DNA of 50,156 nt, the filler included, from Streblomastix strix (Eukaryota): NCBI GenBank assembly GCA_008636045.1. It is 2 parts of 2 records of this genome, joined end to end, with 100 filler letters (N's around TTAATTAATTAA, not from the genome) between each part and the next. Parts side by side here need not be neighbours in the genome. Positions count along the whole stretch, not along the records: positions 1 to 25,040 come from SNRW01000213.1; 1 more part is not named here. One strand, written 5' to 3'. Under the pieces are notes generated by a model. That model was not told the DNA's origin. It searched no databases and was given only the letters and a program-made list of their open reading frames with translations. Position numbers and translations under genes: made by a program. Below, in pieces: positions 1-13,469 of this stretch (the stretch's first letter is position 1; every line of letters starts with the position of its first letter).

Positions 1-1
1 A

Positions 2-3000
2 AATATAGAAAGAGAGTTTTAGAAAGAAAAGATTTTAAATGAATATAATCTGAATGAGCTTACATAGCAAATACAGGAGGATGAATTAGAAGGAGGAAGA
101 GTAGGATTAAGAGAAGTTAAATAGACAGATTAATAAGAATAATAATTAATAAGAGAATAAGAAGAAGAAAAAGAGAAAGAAAATAAATTAAAATAATTTG
201 AATAGCTTTAATTCAAAATTCCATATTCACCTCCACCTGTCATTCACCCTCCTGTTGCTATGTCATAAGATTTAATTTAATAATAAAAAGAAGTTTAAGC
301 TAATTTATAAACATAGAAAAAACAAAGATAAACATAGTCTTAATAATCTACTCAATTGTAATAATAATAATAATAAAACCTATAAAAGAATTAAAATAGA
401 TAATAGTAATATTATTAACCAATAAGAAGCATTTCACCCACAATAATAAATAATAATAATAATAAAACATAATAAAGATCCTTTTCATCAATGTCATTTC
501 TTGCTCATGCAATTGCACCACCAGTTTTATATTCATCACAATAATTGTAATCATCATCATCATAATAAATAATAAATAATGAAAGAAATGAAAAAGATAA
601 AAATAAAGAAAGAGAAAAACAGAAAATGAAAGAAAGACTATTGGGGATTGAATCAGATATTGATGTAAAATTATATTCAGTATAAGATCTATAACAGAAA
701 TATTAAGAATAAATAAATAATGAACAATAAAGAGAACAATAAAGAATAAATAAATATCAATAATTTAATCAAACACACCTTCCTTCATTGAGATAATCAT
801 CACCTGCTTCTTTACTGGCATAAACTTCTTCATCAACTACAAAATAATAATCCTAATCATTATCTTCATCATAATCATTGAAAGGAAACAATGAAGATTA
901 TAATAAAGATTTTTGTTATATTGATGGGAAAAAAGTTGAGAAAATAGAATAAATAGAAGAAAATGGCAATGAATTAAAATAAGATAATACAAAAATAAAT
1001 GAAAATGTGAATGATCTTACGTTTGAATCAGCAAATAATGAATAAAAATAATTAATCAATGAAAGTGTTGAAGAAACAAAAATAATAAATGATATTAATG
1101 AAACTGAATAATAATCCTCAATTAAATAATAAGCAAATAAGTTAAATAACAAATAAAATTAATAATAAATGAATGAATATAGATCAGAAGAAGTATAATT
1201 GATAAGTAAATATGGAGATCTGGAAGCAACTACGTATAATGAAAGAAAGAGAAAATTTATGAAATAACATCCAGAGAAGAATAAGAATAGTAAATTAACA
1301 GACAAAGAAATGAGATTTATATAAAGTTTGAGTAGGAAAGATAAGAAACGAGATAAAAGAGGAAATGATGAATATATTCTATAATAATAAACATAATTAT
1401 AGATTATGAATACACAACCATTAGCATAAACAGACAATATTACTAATGATGAAGACAATCAATAATAAACTTTATAATCATCATATATTCCTCCCATTAC
1501 TCCTCCACCCAAATTTTCATTATTTTAATTACTATAAAATAGTGGGAAGAAAAATGCACTGACTCTTTCACTTACTCATTCTACTTAAAATAATATGAAC
1601 ATGAATACTTTGAATACAAAATATTCACCAAATAGACAAACTATTTTGAAACTTTAACAATAACAATAAGATGATTAATTGATAAATGATTTTAAGTTGG
1701 AATAATAATTTCAATAATAAGTTTAATAAATATAATTACTATTAGATTAAATGAATATTATGTCATCTTCTGAATTATATTTGAAAATTAAAGCAATATT
1801 AAAGAAAATGGAATAATAACAAATATAATAATAACAACAACAACAATAATCACCAACAAGAAACAATCAAAGTGACAATTATTAATAACAAGAATAAAAT
1901 AAAGATAGTATTAACAATTAATAATAAATTTAATCATCTCCATCTGCCAATAAATTAAATAAGACTAAATAACCATGGTTCAAGAGAAATAGACCAGATT
2001 TTGCTGGAAATTATAAATAAGAAAAACAATAAATTATGAATGAAACGATGATTAAGAAGAATGAAATCAGGTAAATAAATTAAGAACAAGACGAGAAATT
2101 GAGACAAATATTGAAGAATATTGAAGGCGAAGAATTCTTCAATACAATTATCAAAATATTAAATGAGAATAAATCTACGCATTTTCAAGTGCTTCAAAAG
2201 GAAGACTAAATTGCCCGAGAGATGATGAACAAAGATTCATAATAAATAAGACAGCAACTATTTGAAGAGAAGAAGCAAAAAGAAAGAGCAGAGAAATCAG
2301 ATAAAGAAGCCCAAGAAGCTGCATTGGATAGGAAGAAGATGAAATAAGGATTTAAAGCACAGATGTTGTTGAGAGGTGAAGAAAGAAGGAGATAATTTGA
2401 TTAATAAAAAGATGAAGAGAAAGGAATTAAAATTAATAAGGAATAATAATCTTTGTTTTCAGTAATGACTGAACATATTGATGGATAAAATAAAGATAAA
2501 GATGCTAACAAATAAGGAGCAGGAATTGAATAAGATGAAGACTAATTGAATTAGAGTAATGATCCAAGATATTTTGGTATGAGCGAAGAATTGAAGAATA
2601 TGTTGTTTAAATCTGTCGCTCCTCGACCACCAACGAGAGATATGGGAACAGAAGCTAAAATTGAATTACAAAATAGAAAAGGATACACCGATTAAAGCTC
2701 TATTTGGGACCCAGATTCTGTTTTCTAAGGTAATTAATCAGTTGAATAAGTTAAGACACAAGAAATAACACCTCGATAAAAAACTCCAAATAAAAATAAA
2801 ATTGACTCCGGACTTGATAGATGGTTTAATGCTACACTCGGAATTGGTCCAGTGAGTGATGAAATGGTTTTAAAATCTGAAATTGCTGCAGCTCATGAAT
2901 CTGTGTCAGCTTAGAAACTTCTCTAAATTACAAATAAAAATATATCAAATTAAACAAAAGAACCAACACAATAAATTTCAAGATCAATTTCACCCCAATT

Positions 3001-4252
3001 TAGATAAATAAATCATTAAGCATTCCCTTACCCACTTTCATATAAATCAAAGGATCCAACTTAATCCACTACACAAGCTATTATACAATCTGAATAATAC
3101 AAGAAATAAATTATATAAGAAAAAATTAAAAAAGATCAATTAGAGAAATAATAAAAATTCGGTAAATATAAAAGATAAACACAATCAAATGACTAAGAAG
3201 CTTCTGGAATAATAGCTATTTGGAATAAGCAGGGAAAAGAGAATGAACAATAAACATCGGATAAAGATCTTTCAATTCCAGAAATTATAAAATTAAGCTA
3301 AAAACAACTGAATGAGAGTCCAAAGAAAGAAACAGCAAGAAAGGGAGGAATAAATATAATAAAGAATTCATATGACCATCCATTAAATGTATTAATGGCT
3401 GTTGAAGCAGAGCGATGGAAGAATTCAAGTGCAGCTGACTTCCTTTCTACTAATCCACTATTGCTATCAAATGGAACAGTACCAGCAGCTTCATAGTCAC
3501 AATAAAAAGAAAGATAAAGAGGAAGATCTCCATCTCCATCAAGTAAGATACACAGTATCCTCGCAAATCAGGGTTTTGATGAGTAGAAAAGATTATGGGA
3601 ATAAAGTGAAGCTAAAAATAAACAATAAATATAGACAAATTCTATTTAATAATAACCATAGATTGAATAGGAACAAGAATAGGATAATTTTGAACCCATA
3701 GACATTGAGTAGAATGAAGATGCTTTTAATATAAATAATGCATCTACATAAATAGGATAGAGAAGAAATTAAGTACGTCAATCAATTTACTAATAAAAGA
3801 TTGTAACGCACAATATTACATAAGAGGAAAGAGAAGGAGGAAGAGAATAAGTAATAAGCGCCTTATCCAAATATATGGAAGAGAGGAGAATGAATGATTC
3901 AAATCCATTGAAATTGAGGCAGTATGAATAGGATCAGATGTATAAGACATATGACATAACAAGTATGCCAGGGTAATTGAAGAAGAGCCTTGTTTAAATC
4001 CCACGAGTAATTTCTAACAAATTAAATCATTAAAATGTAAAACCTCCAAGTGGAAAACAATCTCTCACAAACACATTATCTTCAAATATCTAACAATTAA
4101 ATGGTGGAAGAATACCTTTGAGTGGCACACTGTCATCTAATGCAAAATCCTCTCAGAGTAGGCTGTTAAAACTGAGCAACTCATAATCAACCTCAAATTT
4201 TATTGGAATTGAACCATAGATCACGAGCAAAAGACCAACAAGTTCGAAATGA
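2..4252 (+). CDS. Large low-complexity Q/N/E/K-rich hypothetical protein, 5'-partial (about 1400 aa)
   Basis: Frame 2 reads as protein with TAA/TAG=Gln wherever checked, from the window start (NIEREFQKEKILNEY...) to TGA at 4250-4252 (...ITSKRPTSSK*). No domain recognised. Confidence 0.75.
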
Positions 4253-4362
4253 AGGGACAGTCAAAATCTCACTTCGCCAATCATTTCATTGTATCAATAT
4301 TAATATTAATATTTTTTTTGTATTTGTACCCCAGTGGACGTGCGATTGAATTGAATCACCTC

Positions 4363-4815
4363 TCAGTAAAAGTAACCCAGGATTTTTCCTCCTGTACCGC
4401 GACGACGCGCTTCATCGTGGCTCATGATACCATATGAAGTTGTCAGTACAATACATCCGAACTAACGTGATGGCAACAGATTAGTTACCCATCTTTCAAT
4501 AAGGGGAAGCGATACGTCGAATCGCGGTGAGATGACGCCAGCCTTGTTGATTCTTCCATTCAGTTCAATTACAATCTTTCCTGCTCGGTGGTCATCTACA
4601 TATTCAAACTCGCCAATATATCCTTATCATCATAAATCAGTTTAATTATGTTGTAATATATAAATACTTTAAAAAATCAAACCATGAGTTTGCATAACTC
4701 TTAAAAATTTGACAACCACTTTACTCACTGGTCGAATAAGCACTTAACGTTTCCCCGCACGCTCAGCGATTGAGATTGAGTTTAAGCACTCGCTCAGAAC
4801 ATTCATGCGCACCAT
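4363..4815 (-). CDS. RPS15A: 40S ribosomal protein S15a (uS8), 2 exons (4815-4683, 4622-4363), 130 aa
   Basis: Translates [80 protein letters not shown]...[38 protein letters not shown]. 60-nt GT-AG intron at 4623-4682. Conserved Gln encoded by TAA (4744-4746) and TAG (4462-4464). Confidence 0.98.
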
Positions 4816-5215
4816 TGCTCAGAATTCGGGGTCTGAAATGAAAAATAAATAATTCCAATAAATTGAATGATAGAGGTGTTAAACAATAAATTTAACTTCT
4901 ATATTTTGAAAAATATTCTATTTTTAAATATTTATGTTCTTGCATATAATAAATTCGTTTTTCAAATAGGTAGAAAAATGAGATTTGATATATTTTGAGT
5001 TTTTTATGCTAATATTAGTCATTATTATAGATTTAACGAATAAATATATTATATTCTGCATATTACAATTGAAAGAGAAGTTGAGTGGAAAAAAAGTGAG
5101 CATGATCAAAATAAAAATGACCTAAGGGGCTTAAAAAAGGAGAAGGTGAATGATGAAAAAAAATCACAATAAATATAATTTTTAAGAAAGAAATTTTATT
5201 ATTTTTTATAATTAT

Positions 5216-8200
5216 TCATGTTTCTTCAGTTTCATCTAGCTCCAATTCTTGATTCATTTTCAATTGAAGGTCTTCTTTAAATTCTTCGCTGATCTATTTC
5301 CTATGACTAAGTTCAATTTTTTTGATAACAATTTTCTATGCTCTAGGAAGATTTTCAATCTAGTAATTAATAATAATTACAGAAATTTAGATAGAAAATA
5401 AATTTAGCTTTAATATTTATTTTAATAAATATAAGTTCAATATACTTATTTATTTAATTCTTCTTGAGCACTTTCAATATCTTTTGATGCTTAAATTAAT
5501 TCTTCGATTTTCTATCTTTTTACAGTTTCTCTCATCGCCATACTCTCAACAACATAATTTTTTATAAATCCTCGTGTAACCTTAATGAAATAAAGTAATA
5601 ATATTAAAATTATATCAAGTTTTGAAAATTATTATTGAAATGATTATCAAACCTAATATTTACAATCAGGACATTAAGTTTTCACCCCATTTCCAATACT
5701 CCATGCACAAGACTATAAATAATTATAATGGATAACATAACGGAAATCATTTTATTTAAATTTCAATCGCATATTATAAATATTTTTTTAATTTTTCTTT
5801 TAAAGATTAGAAAGATTAATAATTATTTTAATATCGATTAATTAAATACATTACAGAGTGTATGTCCACTAGAAAAATAAAATTATATTTATCAAAAAGA
5901 ATTAAAAAAAACAGAATAATTAAAAAATTATTTTTTTAAATATAAATAATTGATAATACCAAGGGATAAAAGTCACTGGATCTTTTAACACATTCATACA
6001 TAAATGACATGTAAGATCTACCTAAGAATATTAGTATATTTAATTAATAGAAAATATAAAAGAATAATATTTTAATGTTCATTAATATTAAAAATTATTT
6101 TTAAATTTTAAAGTTATTCTATATTATAATGAGAATATCTGATCATACCATCATGGCATCATTCACAAGTTAGATGTTTTATAATGTATTTGCCATATTG
6201 ATCAGATGTCTCATTGCAAGTTTGGCAGCAACAATTAATGCTGAGCATATTCCCGTAAATGTATTTTATATCAGTTCTAAGTCATTTTAAAATTACTCAA
6301 TGTCATTTGCTTGATCACTAATAAAATGTGTCAAATAATTTGCGTTTAATATTAAATAGTTCTAAAGTATATATGAAATATGTTAAATCATAACAAAAGA
6401 AAAATATTAAGAAAACACAATAAGATTAAATAATTTATTAATAATATATTTCATACTACATTATTCCAATCATAAATTCCAGGAACTAATCGTCGCCTGA
6501 CACCATTTTCTGATAATGATGACCAGTCTAATATTAATTCGAGTTTTCCATCAACAACAAGTCTTCAATATAAATATAAATATAAATATTTAAATATATA
6601 AATAACAATAATAATAATAATATATTTTGTTATAATCTTCTTTATTTTCATATATTTCATACTTACTCTTCTATTCTCTCGATCTATCTAATGTAACAGC
6701 ATTCAACTTCAGTTTTTTCACAGTTTTCTTCTCATTTATTAATTCGTTTTATAAATCAGATAAGTTTTATTTAATATCTTATATTTATTGCATTAACTTT
6801 CGATTTTCTGATTTTTCATCTGTAAGTTCGGATTTGAGACTTGATTATATAAACAAATAAATATAGAAATACAAAATTTTAATATAAAAATATAGAATAA
6901 AAGATTTTTATTAATAATAGTTAGCTACCTTTCAAATTTATCATTATCATAATTTTTAACATCTCTATATGTATCTCCACTTTTTATTCTATTTTATGAC
7001 TTTCGCCGCTTGAATGCATTAAGTGAATTTAATGACTTCATTGATTTTTATGAATGGATACTGATAATACAAATTAATAAACAAACAATATTAATAATAG
7101 TTAATAGTTAATAAATAATAATAAAGTTAATTTACCTTTTTACTGTATCGTTATTTTATGAAGATATTTGATTTCCCAATGGTGAAATATTTGATTTCAT
7201 TTTGTTATTTATTTCGTTTATATTTTATTTATCTTCTTATGTTACACCTTGTCTAAAAGAAGATTATTTTTATATTCCAGTATCTTTAGATTATGATTAA
7301 GAAGATTAAATAGTTTATTAAGAAGATATATGTTTTACTTATGTAGATCTTATTGGTGAATAATTATGAAGATTTTGAGATTAATTTTAAGAAGGTGTAC
7401 TTATTTAGTGAGATTGAGTACTAGTTAAAGATTATTATTATGATGAAGATGATTAAGAAGATTATTATTATGAAGAAGATGATTAAGAAGTAGATTAAGA
7501 TGAAGAAGTATATTCTTAAGCGATTTATAATTATCTTGGAGAAGGTATTTATTATGAATGAGGAAATGGCTGTTTTTAATCATTAAGTTAATTAAACTAT
7601 GATTTTCTTTCTATGCTTTATTAGGTTTATTCTATATTTGCGTTTATTAGATCTAACTAAGTATGAGTTTAATTTATAGGAGTAAGAAATGTATTTTATT
7701 ATTGATTTATACTTTCAAGATCTTTCATATCTAATTTTTCTTTCCTTTTCTTTTTTTCTTTCATATTCTATTTCGTTTCATTCGTTTTCAAATTTTCATT
7801 TTCTTATTCTAATTATTTCATTATTTTTTCTTTCATTATCTAAGTATTAAGTTTCTTTTTCTTTTTTTTCTTAATTAAATTTTCACTCAAATCCGACATT
7901 TCAGAAAAAGTTTCAGTATTTTCAAAGTCAATTGCATACATATCTATTTCATTAATAGAATCAGTATCACTACTCTCAAGTGAATCATTTTATAAACTTG
8001 CTTCATTCAAAGATGAAATATTTTCTACTATATTCAATTATGATTACTTTTATAAAATATTATGTTTGCCTTCATTAACCCCTTCATTATAACTTCTACT
8101 TGTTCTCAAGTTATCTAATTTATTAGAATGAGCAAAATTTTCGTTTGAACTTAACTAGATAGCTTATTCAGATAGTGTTCTACTTCCCATTTATGAGAAA

Positions 8201-10006
8201 TTTATTTATTCTTTATTCATTTCTTATTCTAGTTTACTCTTTGTTTTCTCTTTTCTTTTTTTCTTTTCAGCTTTCAATTATTATTTCTAAATCTTTTTTA
8301 ATTCTGCTCCACTTTATAGATACATATTTGTTTTCTTACGAGGAGGTGCTTCAAGTAGGCTAAAAAGCCGTTTCATGTTTTCTGGATCGGCTGTGATGAA
8401 TAAATAATATATATAAATATTAAACAATTGAAAATTATTATAATTAATCTCAAATATTTACATAGATATAATAATTATACCAATTTATTTATCTTCTTCT
8501 TTTGATACTTGTTTTGATTTCCTTCTTTATGATTATCCTTTTTCTTAATTTTTAATAGTATTTTTAATATCTGACACTAAATTTTATTCTTTGATAGTAT
8601 CTTATTATATTAATCGAGATGTTCCTTCACCCTATTAATAAATTATTTAATAAAAATATTGAAATTAATATATGAAAATTGAAAATTATGCTATACATCA
8701 AAAGTATAAATCGTTTATGCACTTTCAGTATGTTTCTCTACATTTACCAGCTTTTATAAATCATCTTTTTGTTTTGAAAGAACTTAAACTTCGATGCTTT
8801 GATGAGTTATTCTGAAATTAAAATAAAAACAGTAAAAAATTAATTTAAATAAACAATATGAGATAAAAGGACTAGTTTAATATTTATATTCACAGTCTTA
8901 TACTATGCTTGTAATTCTTTTACTTTGTTAATCAATAGTTCTCTCTATTGTGTAATAATCTCATTCTATTTCTTAATAAGGTCATTTTCAAGTCTAAGTT
9001 TATCATTCTCAGCTTATAATTCTTATTACATTCTCAACAATTCCTCTTATCTGTCTTTCAAATTCTTTATTTCAGTTTCTAAGAATTGAATTTTTGTTTC
9101 ATCTTCACTTAAAGCTCTTTCAACCCCCAACTAATCTTTTGACAATGAATCCAATTTCTTTTATGATTCACTCAAATTTTCATTTTGATTATTTTTTTCA
9201 GCTTATTATTACTTTGCCAACTTTAATTTTTCTTATTCTAGAATTAGTTACACTTACTTTTGTTTTAATTCCTTTTCAGCATTATTGTATAAATTATGAC
9301 TATCATCTAAATCATTTATATTGGAAGTTTATTGTTCGTTTGAGTCTTTTTAATTTGATAAATTTAAATTATCTTTGGTTTTTTATAGAAATTTATTATT
9401 TTTATATTTCGGCCTTTGATTTAATTGTGATGATTTATTCTTGTTCAATAATTTATTTTTATTATCCTCATTTTCATTTGATTCAATTTATTTTTAATTC
9501 TGTGAAGGTTATGAAGGGATGGATGAATATGGTTAATTTGGAGGAGCAGTTGGAGGCAATTATAGGAATCTAAATGAGTGTTATCCATAACTATTACTAC
9601 GTTAAGTATTTTAAACGAATGTAGGTAGTTAGTACCTATATGAATTTCTATCCGTATTCGGAAATAATCCCATTTATAGGTTGCTTTAATTAGATCGAGT
9701 GGATTAAAGGTTTCCTTCAATTGCCTTTGTTCTTGATGAAACCGACGAGGTGTTAGGACGTATATTTGTTGTTTAAGTTATCGAAAAATTCTGAATTTAA
9801 TTTGGTTTTGAGTAAATTCCAGCAAGTGACGATTATGTACGTTTGATTGGACTGTCTATTTTTATTTCATTGGAAAAAACGCCTTGAAATGGCATAACTT
9901 CATCCATCCGTAGAGGGAGTGGAATACAAGAAACGATAGTTGCTGTATTAGGCCACTGTAATCTACTACCGATCTGTTCAAAATTTGAATCAGATTATGT
10001 GTCCAT
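5216..10006 (-). CDS. Multi-exon coiled-coil protein with C-terminal C3HC4 RING finger (putative E3 ubiquitin ligase)
   Basis: ATG at 10006 (MDTQSDSNFEQIG...). Spliced exons 6021-5960, 5868-5850 and 5712-5653 give CHLCMNVLKDPVTFIPCGHTLCNSCAWSIGNGVKTQCPDCK. TGA at 5216-5218. Many short AT-rich GT-AG introns; internal exon boundaries not all resolved. Confidence 0.8.
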
Positions 10007-10015
10007 CTGCTAAAA

Positions 10016-10100
10016 AATAAAATATATGTATGGATAATAAAATATATGTAAGGATAATAAAATATGTAAGGATAATAAAATATATGTGAGGATATTAAAA
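10016..10100. repeat. About 20-bp tandem repeat, about 4 copies (AAAATATATGTAAGGATAAT consensus)
   Basis: Directly visible, immediately upstream of the RING gene start, probably within a 5'-UTR intron. Confidence 0.85.
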
Positions 10101-10462
10101 AATAAGTGAGTTTTAAGCTGTGCCTACTGCCTAAAGTTAATATTTGTGGTTGAATTTTATATTTTGATTTTTTGACTTATTTATGCTAAATTCAGGGATA
10201 TTTTCGAACAATTACGATTTATTCATTGAAATTCTATCAAATATATTTAAAATATAGTTAATGTTATGCTTCTAAACCAATATTTATATTAATTTGTAAA
10301 AACTGGGCGTTCTTAAAGGTAAAAATGAGTAAAAATAGTTTAATGTTATACTTGTGATAATAATATAGAAATATTTACTGATATTACCTAATTAATGCGT
10401 CTAAAACTGTAATATTTAATATTTTGACAACAATTTTCACTTTTATTTATTTTTAGATTAAA

Positions 10463-13093
10463 ATGAATCACAATCTGCTATCCAATAAAACATTCATAAC
10501 ATAATCAAAGTTTTAAAAGTATAGAATAAATCTAAACTTTGGTATGAATCCCTATTTATGAAATTATTTAATAATAATAGATTTTTTCATTAGATTTATC
10601 CAAAGCTTCTGTCACTGAACTGACGTCTTTAGCAAATAAAATGATTGGAAACATTCTCCGTGCTCTTGAAGAATTGTCAGGTATTAATTGAGTCATTATT
10701 ACCTGTATTATTTGAATCTTTAATATCCGTAATAGTTTCTATAGGCAAGAATAAAATGGAAGATAATCCACGAATGGCCAATATTGCAAATATTTTAATG
10801 AATTGGGAAGAGAGAAAAGACATTATTTAAGAAGAATATCAATAGCTTCTTCGTGATATAGAAAATATTAAGAGTTTATTTATGAATTTTATTAATTTAT
10901 TATTCTATTCATTATTTCAATTTAGAAGGAGATGTTGATAATATTAATCCAATTATTAATTCAAGTTAGATTTTGGAATCACTGAAGAAAACTTAATCAA
11001 AATCAAAACCCAAATTAAATATGAATTCTTCTGTTAGGTCTGCATCTGCTAAACCAATTTCTTCTTAAATGAATAATAGAAATATTGTATTAGTTAATTT
11101 TTATTATATTTAATAATTTATTTAATTTATTCTTTTTTTCTTTTTATATTTTTTATTGAAAAAGAACGATGAAAAGAAAATAATTAAAGAAAAGTCCTAA
11201 CCATAAGTGGATAATTCTTAATATAATAAAAATACGATATCGTAAAGCAAATAATTATTAAAAATAAATTCCTCTGATAAAGATCAGAGCAAATTAATCC
11301 GGTAAATTATGAAATAATATCCTATACGAAAATTCGATCCTCATGCATCAATTTATTTATCTACTCCAGAAAGGATGCTTTTTTCTCTTCAAGAAAATAA
11401 ATAACAATCATTTAGTAATTTATCTGTTTTATTTTAATCTAGCTAATAATGCTCAAGGAATTAAAACTCAGAAATAATTACTCCAATTACAAACTTATAA
11501 TAGGATTATAATTTAGAAAAGGATTAAATTATTAAACAAAGACCATTCACTGCATTAGAATAATAAGGATAATTTACTCCAATAAGAAGAGAAAATTATC
11601 AGAAAAATAGATTTAAATCTTTACCATCAACTCCAATTCCAACAAATTCTTAATCTCCTATTATTATCAATTCTAATTTAACTCCATCTTTATATACAAG
11701 TCAATCTTAAACATTTCAAAGAATTAAAACACCACTATCAAACATAAGTAGATAGACATCTTCAGCATTAAACAACGAACATTCAATTCTGTGGTATAAT
11801 TCATTTGATACAATTGAATAAAGATAAGGAATGGGATTATTAGGATCACCCACAAGACAATCAAATTAAGATTATCTTTATTCAACTCAATCAAAGCGTG
11901 AAATTACTCCACTTGTTGAAACATCTCTTGAAATGATACGAAGGCTATCAGAGCAAAGATTGATTGTTGTGTAAAGAAAAGAATAAATAAATGAAATATT
12001 AGATGCTTACTAGGAATAAAAAGATATCAAACGTGAGGAAATGCTAATTCGTGCATAAATTCTCATTTAACAAGAAATGTCACGACGAAAACAAACACAC
12101 AGGATACATAATAGTAGATTATGGCTTATTTTGATTCCAAGTATAACATGATTAACAATCCTTATTAATTCACTTGAATAATTTAGACTTAATTAATTAG
12201 CTAGAGAGTAACTTATTTTAGAGAGATAAAATTAGATTATATTTTAGAATACATTTGAATATAATAGAGCTAGAAAACATTTAATAAGAAGCTTTTAAAC
12301 TATAGCTAGATCTTTAGGACGATATTCCATAAATTAACGTGTAAAGAAACGAATTCGTGATGGAAAATTATTAGGAATGATTATTACCAAAATGAATTAA
12401 TACTAATTCACTACAAAAGTAATAAAGAAATTTAGGAGATCAGTGATGAAGTCCCAACAATTCTCTCGAAATTATCTTGTTTGCAGATAAGCAAGAATTC
12501 AATTAGCAATAATGTTTTTTTAAGAAGAAGAACAAGTAATATTCTAAAATATGCCAAAGCGTGTGGTAGATGCAAATAAATATCCAACTTATAAATCTCA
12601 AATAAATCAGCAACTGGGATAATTTATTGAAAATCCAGTGCTGAGAGAAATGATGCAGCAAAGTATAATGATTGGCGGCCTATTGATTCCCAATACAGTT
12701 AATTCTTCAAAGAATTAAATATTGGACATCGACTCTGTCATTAAATAGGAACATGATTTTGGATTACAATCACAGATATCTTCTAATGAGAAATAATAAT
12801 CTGATAATCCAATAATTATTCAAACACCTAAAACATCAAAAACTCAAAAAAAGAAAGTAAAAAATCCAATGACAAATGAGAAAAGGAAATAAGTTGTATC
12901 ATTATGGTTGAAGAAGAAAAAAATGAAGCACTATAAAGCATTCAAAAATAAATTAGAATTTGAACCATTTTTATTCATAATTTAACTTCATAAAGACATT
13001 TCAAAGATGGTTAAATAAGCTTATGAAGAAATTACTGGATTATCTTTTGATAAAGTAATGGAAATGTTGGTACCAGATAGAAAAATGACTTGA
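10463..13093 (+). CDS. Multi-exon hypothetical protein, basic helical C-terminal half (possible IQ-like motif)
   Basis: ATG 10463 (MNHNLLSNKTF...). In-phase GT-AG introns join DLSKASVTELTSLANKMIGNILRALEELS/GKNKMEDNPRMANIANILMNWEERK. Long terminal exon ends at TGA 13091-13093. Confidence 0.7.
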
Positions 13094-13469
13094 GGTGAAC
13101 TCATTAAATAACACGGAGCAAATTATTATTGTCAATTCTATAATATTTTACCAATTATGTATAATAAAATATGTATTATTATCCTTTTAGCAAGATCATA
13201 TATAAACTACAATTTTACATGTGTTTAATATATTTTTGATTAATAACTGTTATGTATTTAACTAACCTAATGGAATTAAATAATTTAAAATGGATAAATT
13301 TTGATAAATAATAGTGAAATAATATAAAAATATTAATAATATAAAAAATGTAATTATACATTGAAATTCCTAATTAAAGAAAAATCAATATAATAAAAAA
13401 AACATTAGAAGTTGAAATGGAGAAATTCGGATCATAAATTTAAAAATACTTTAAAGATTTAAAAAAAAA

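Noticed and set aside
10016..10100. Regularly spaced repeats as a possible CRISPR array (also 36375-36419 and 48546-48605)
   Set aside because: Head-to-tail tandem units with no unique spacers, no cas genes, eukaryotic context.
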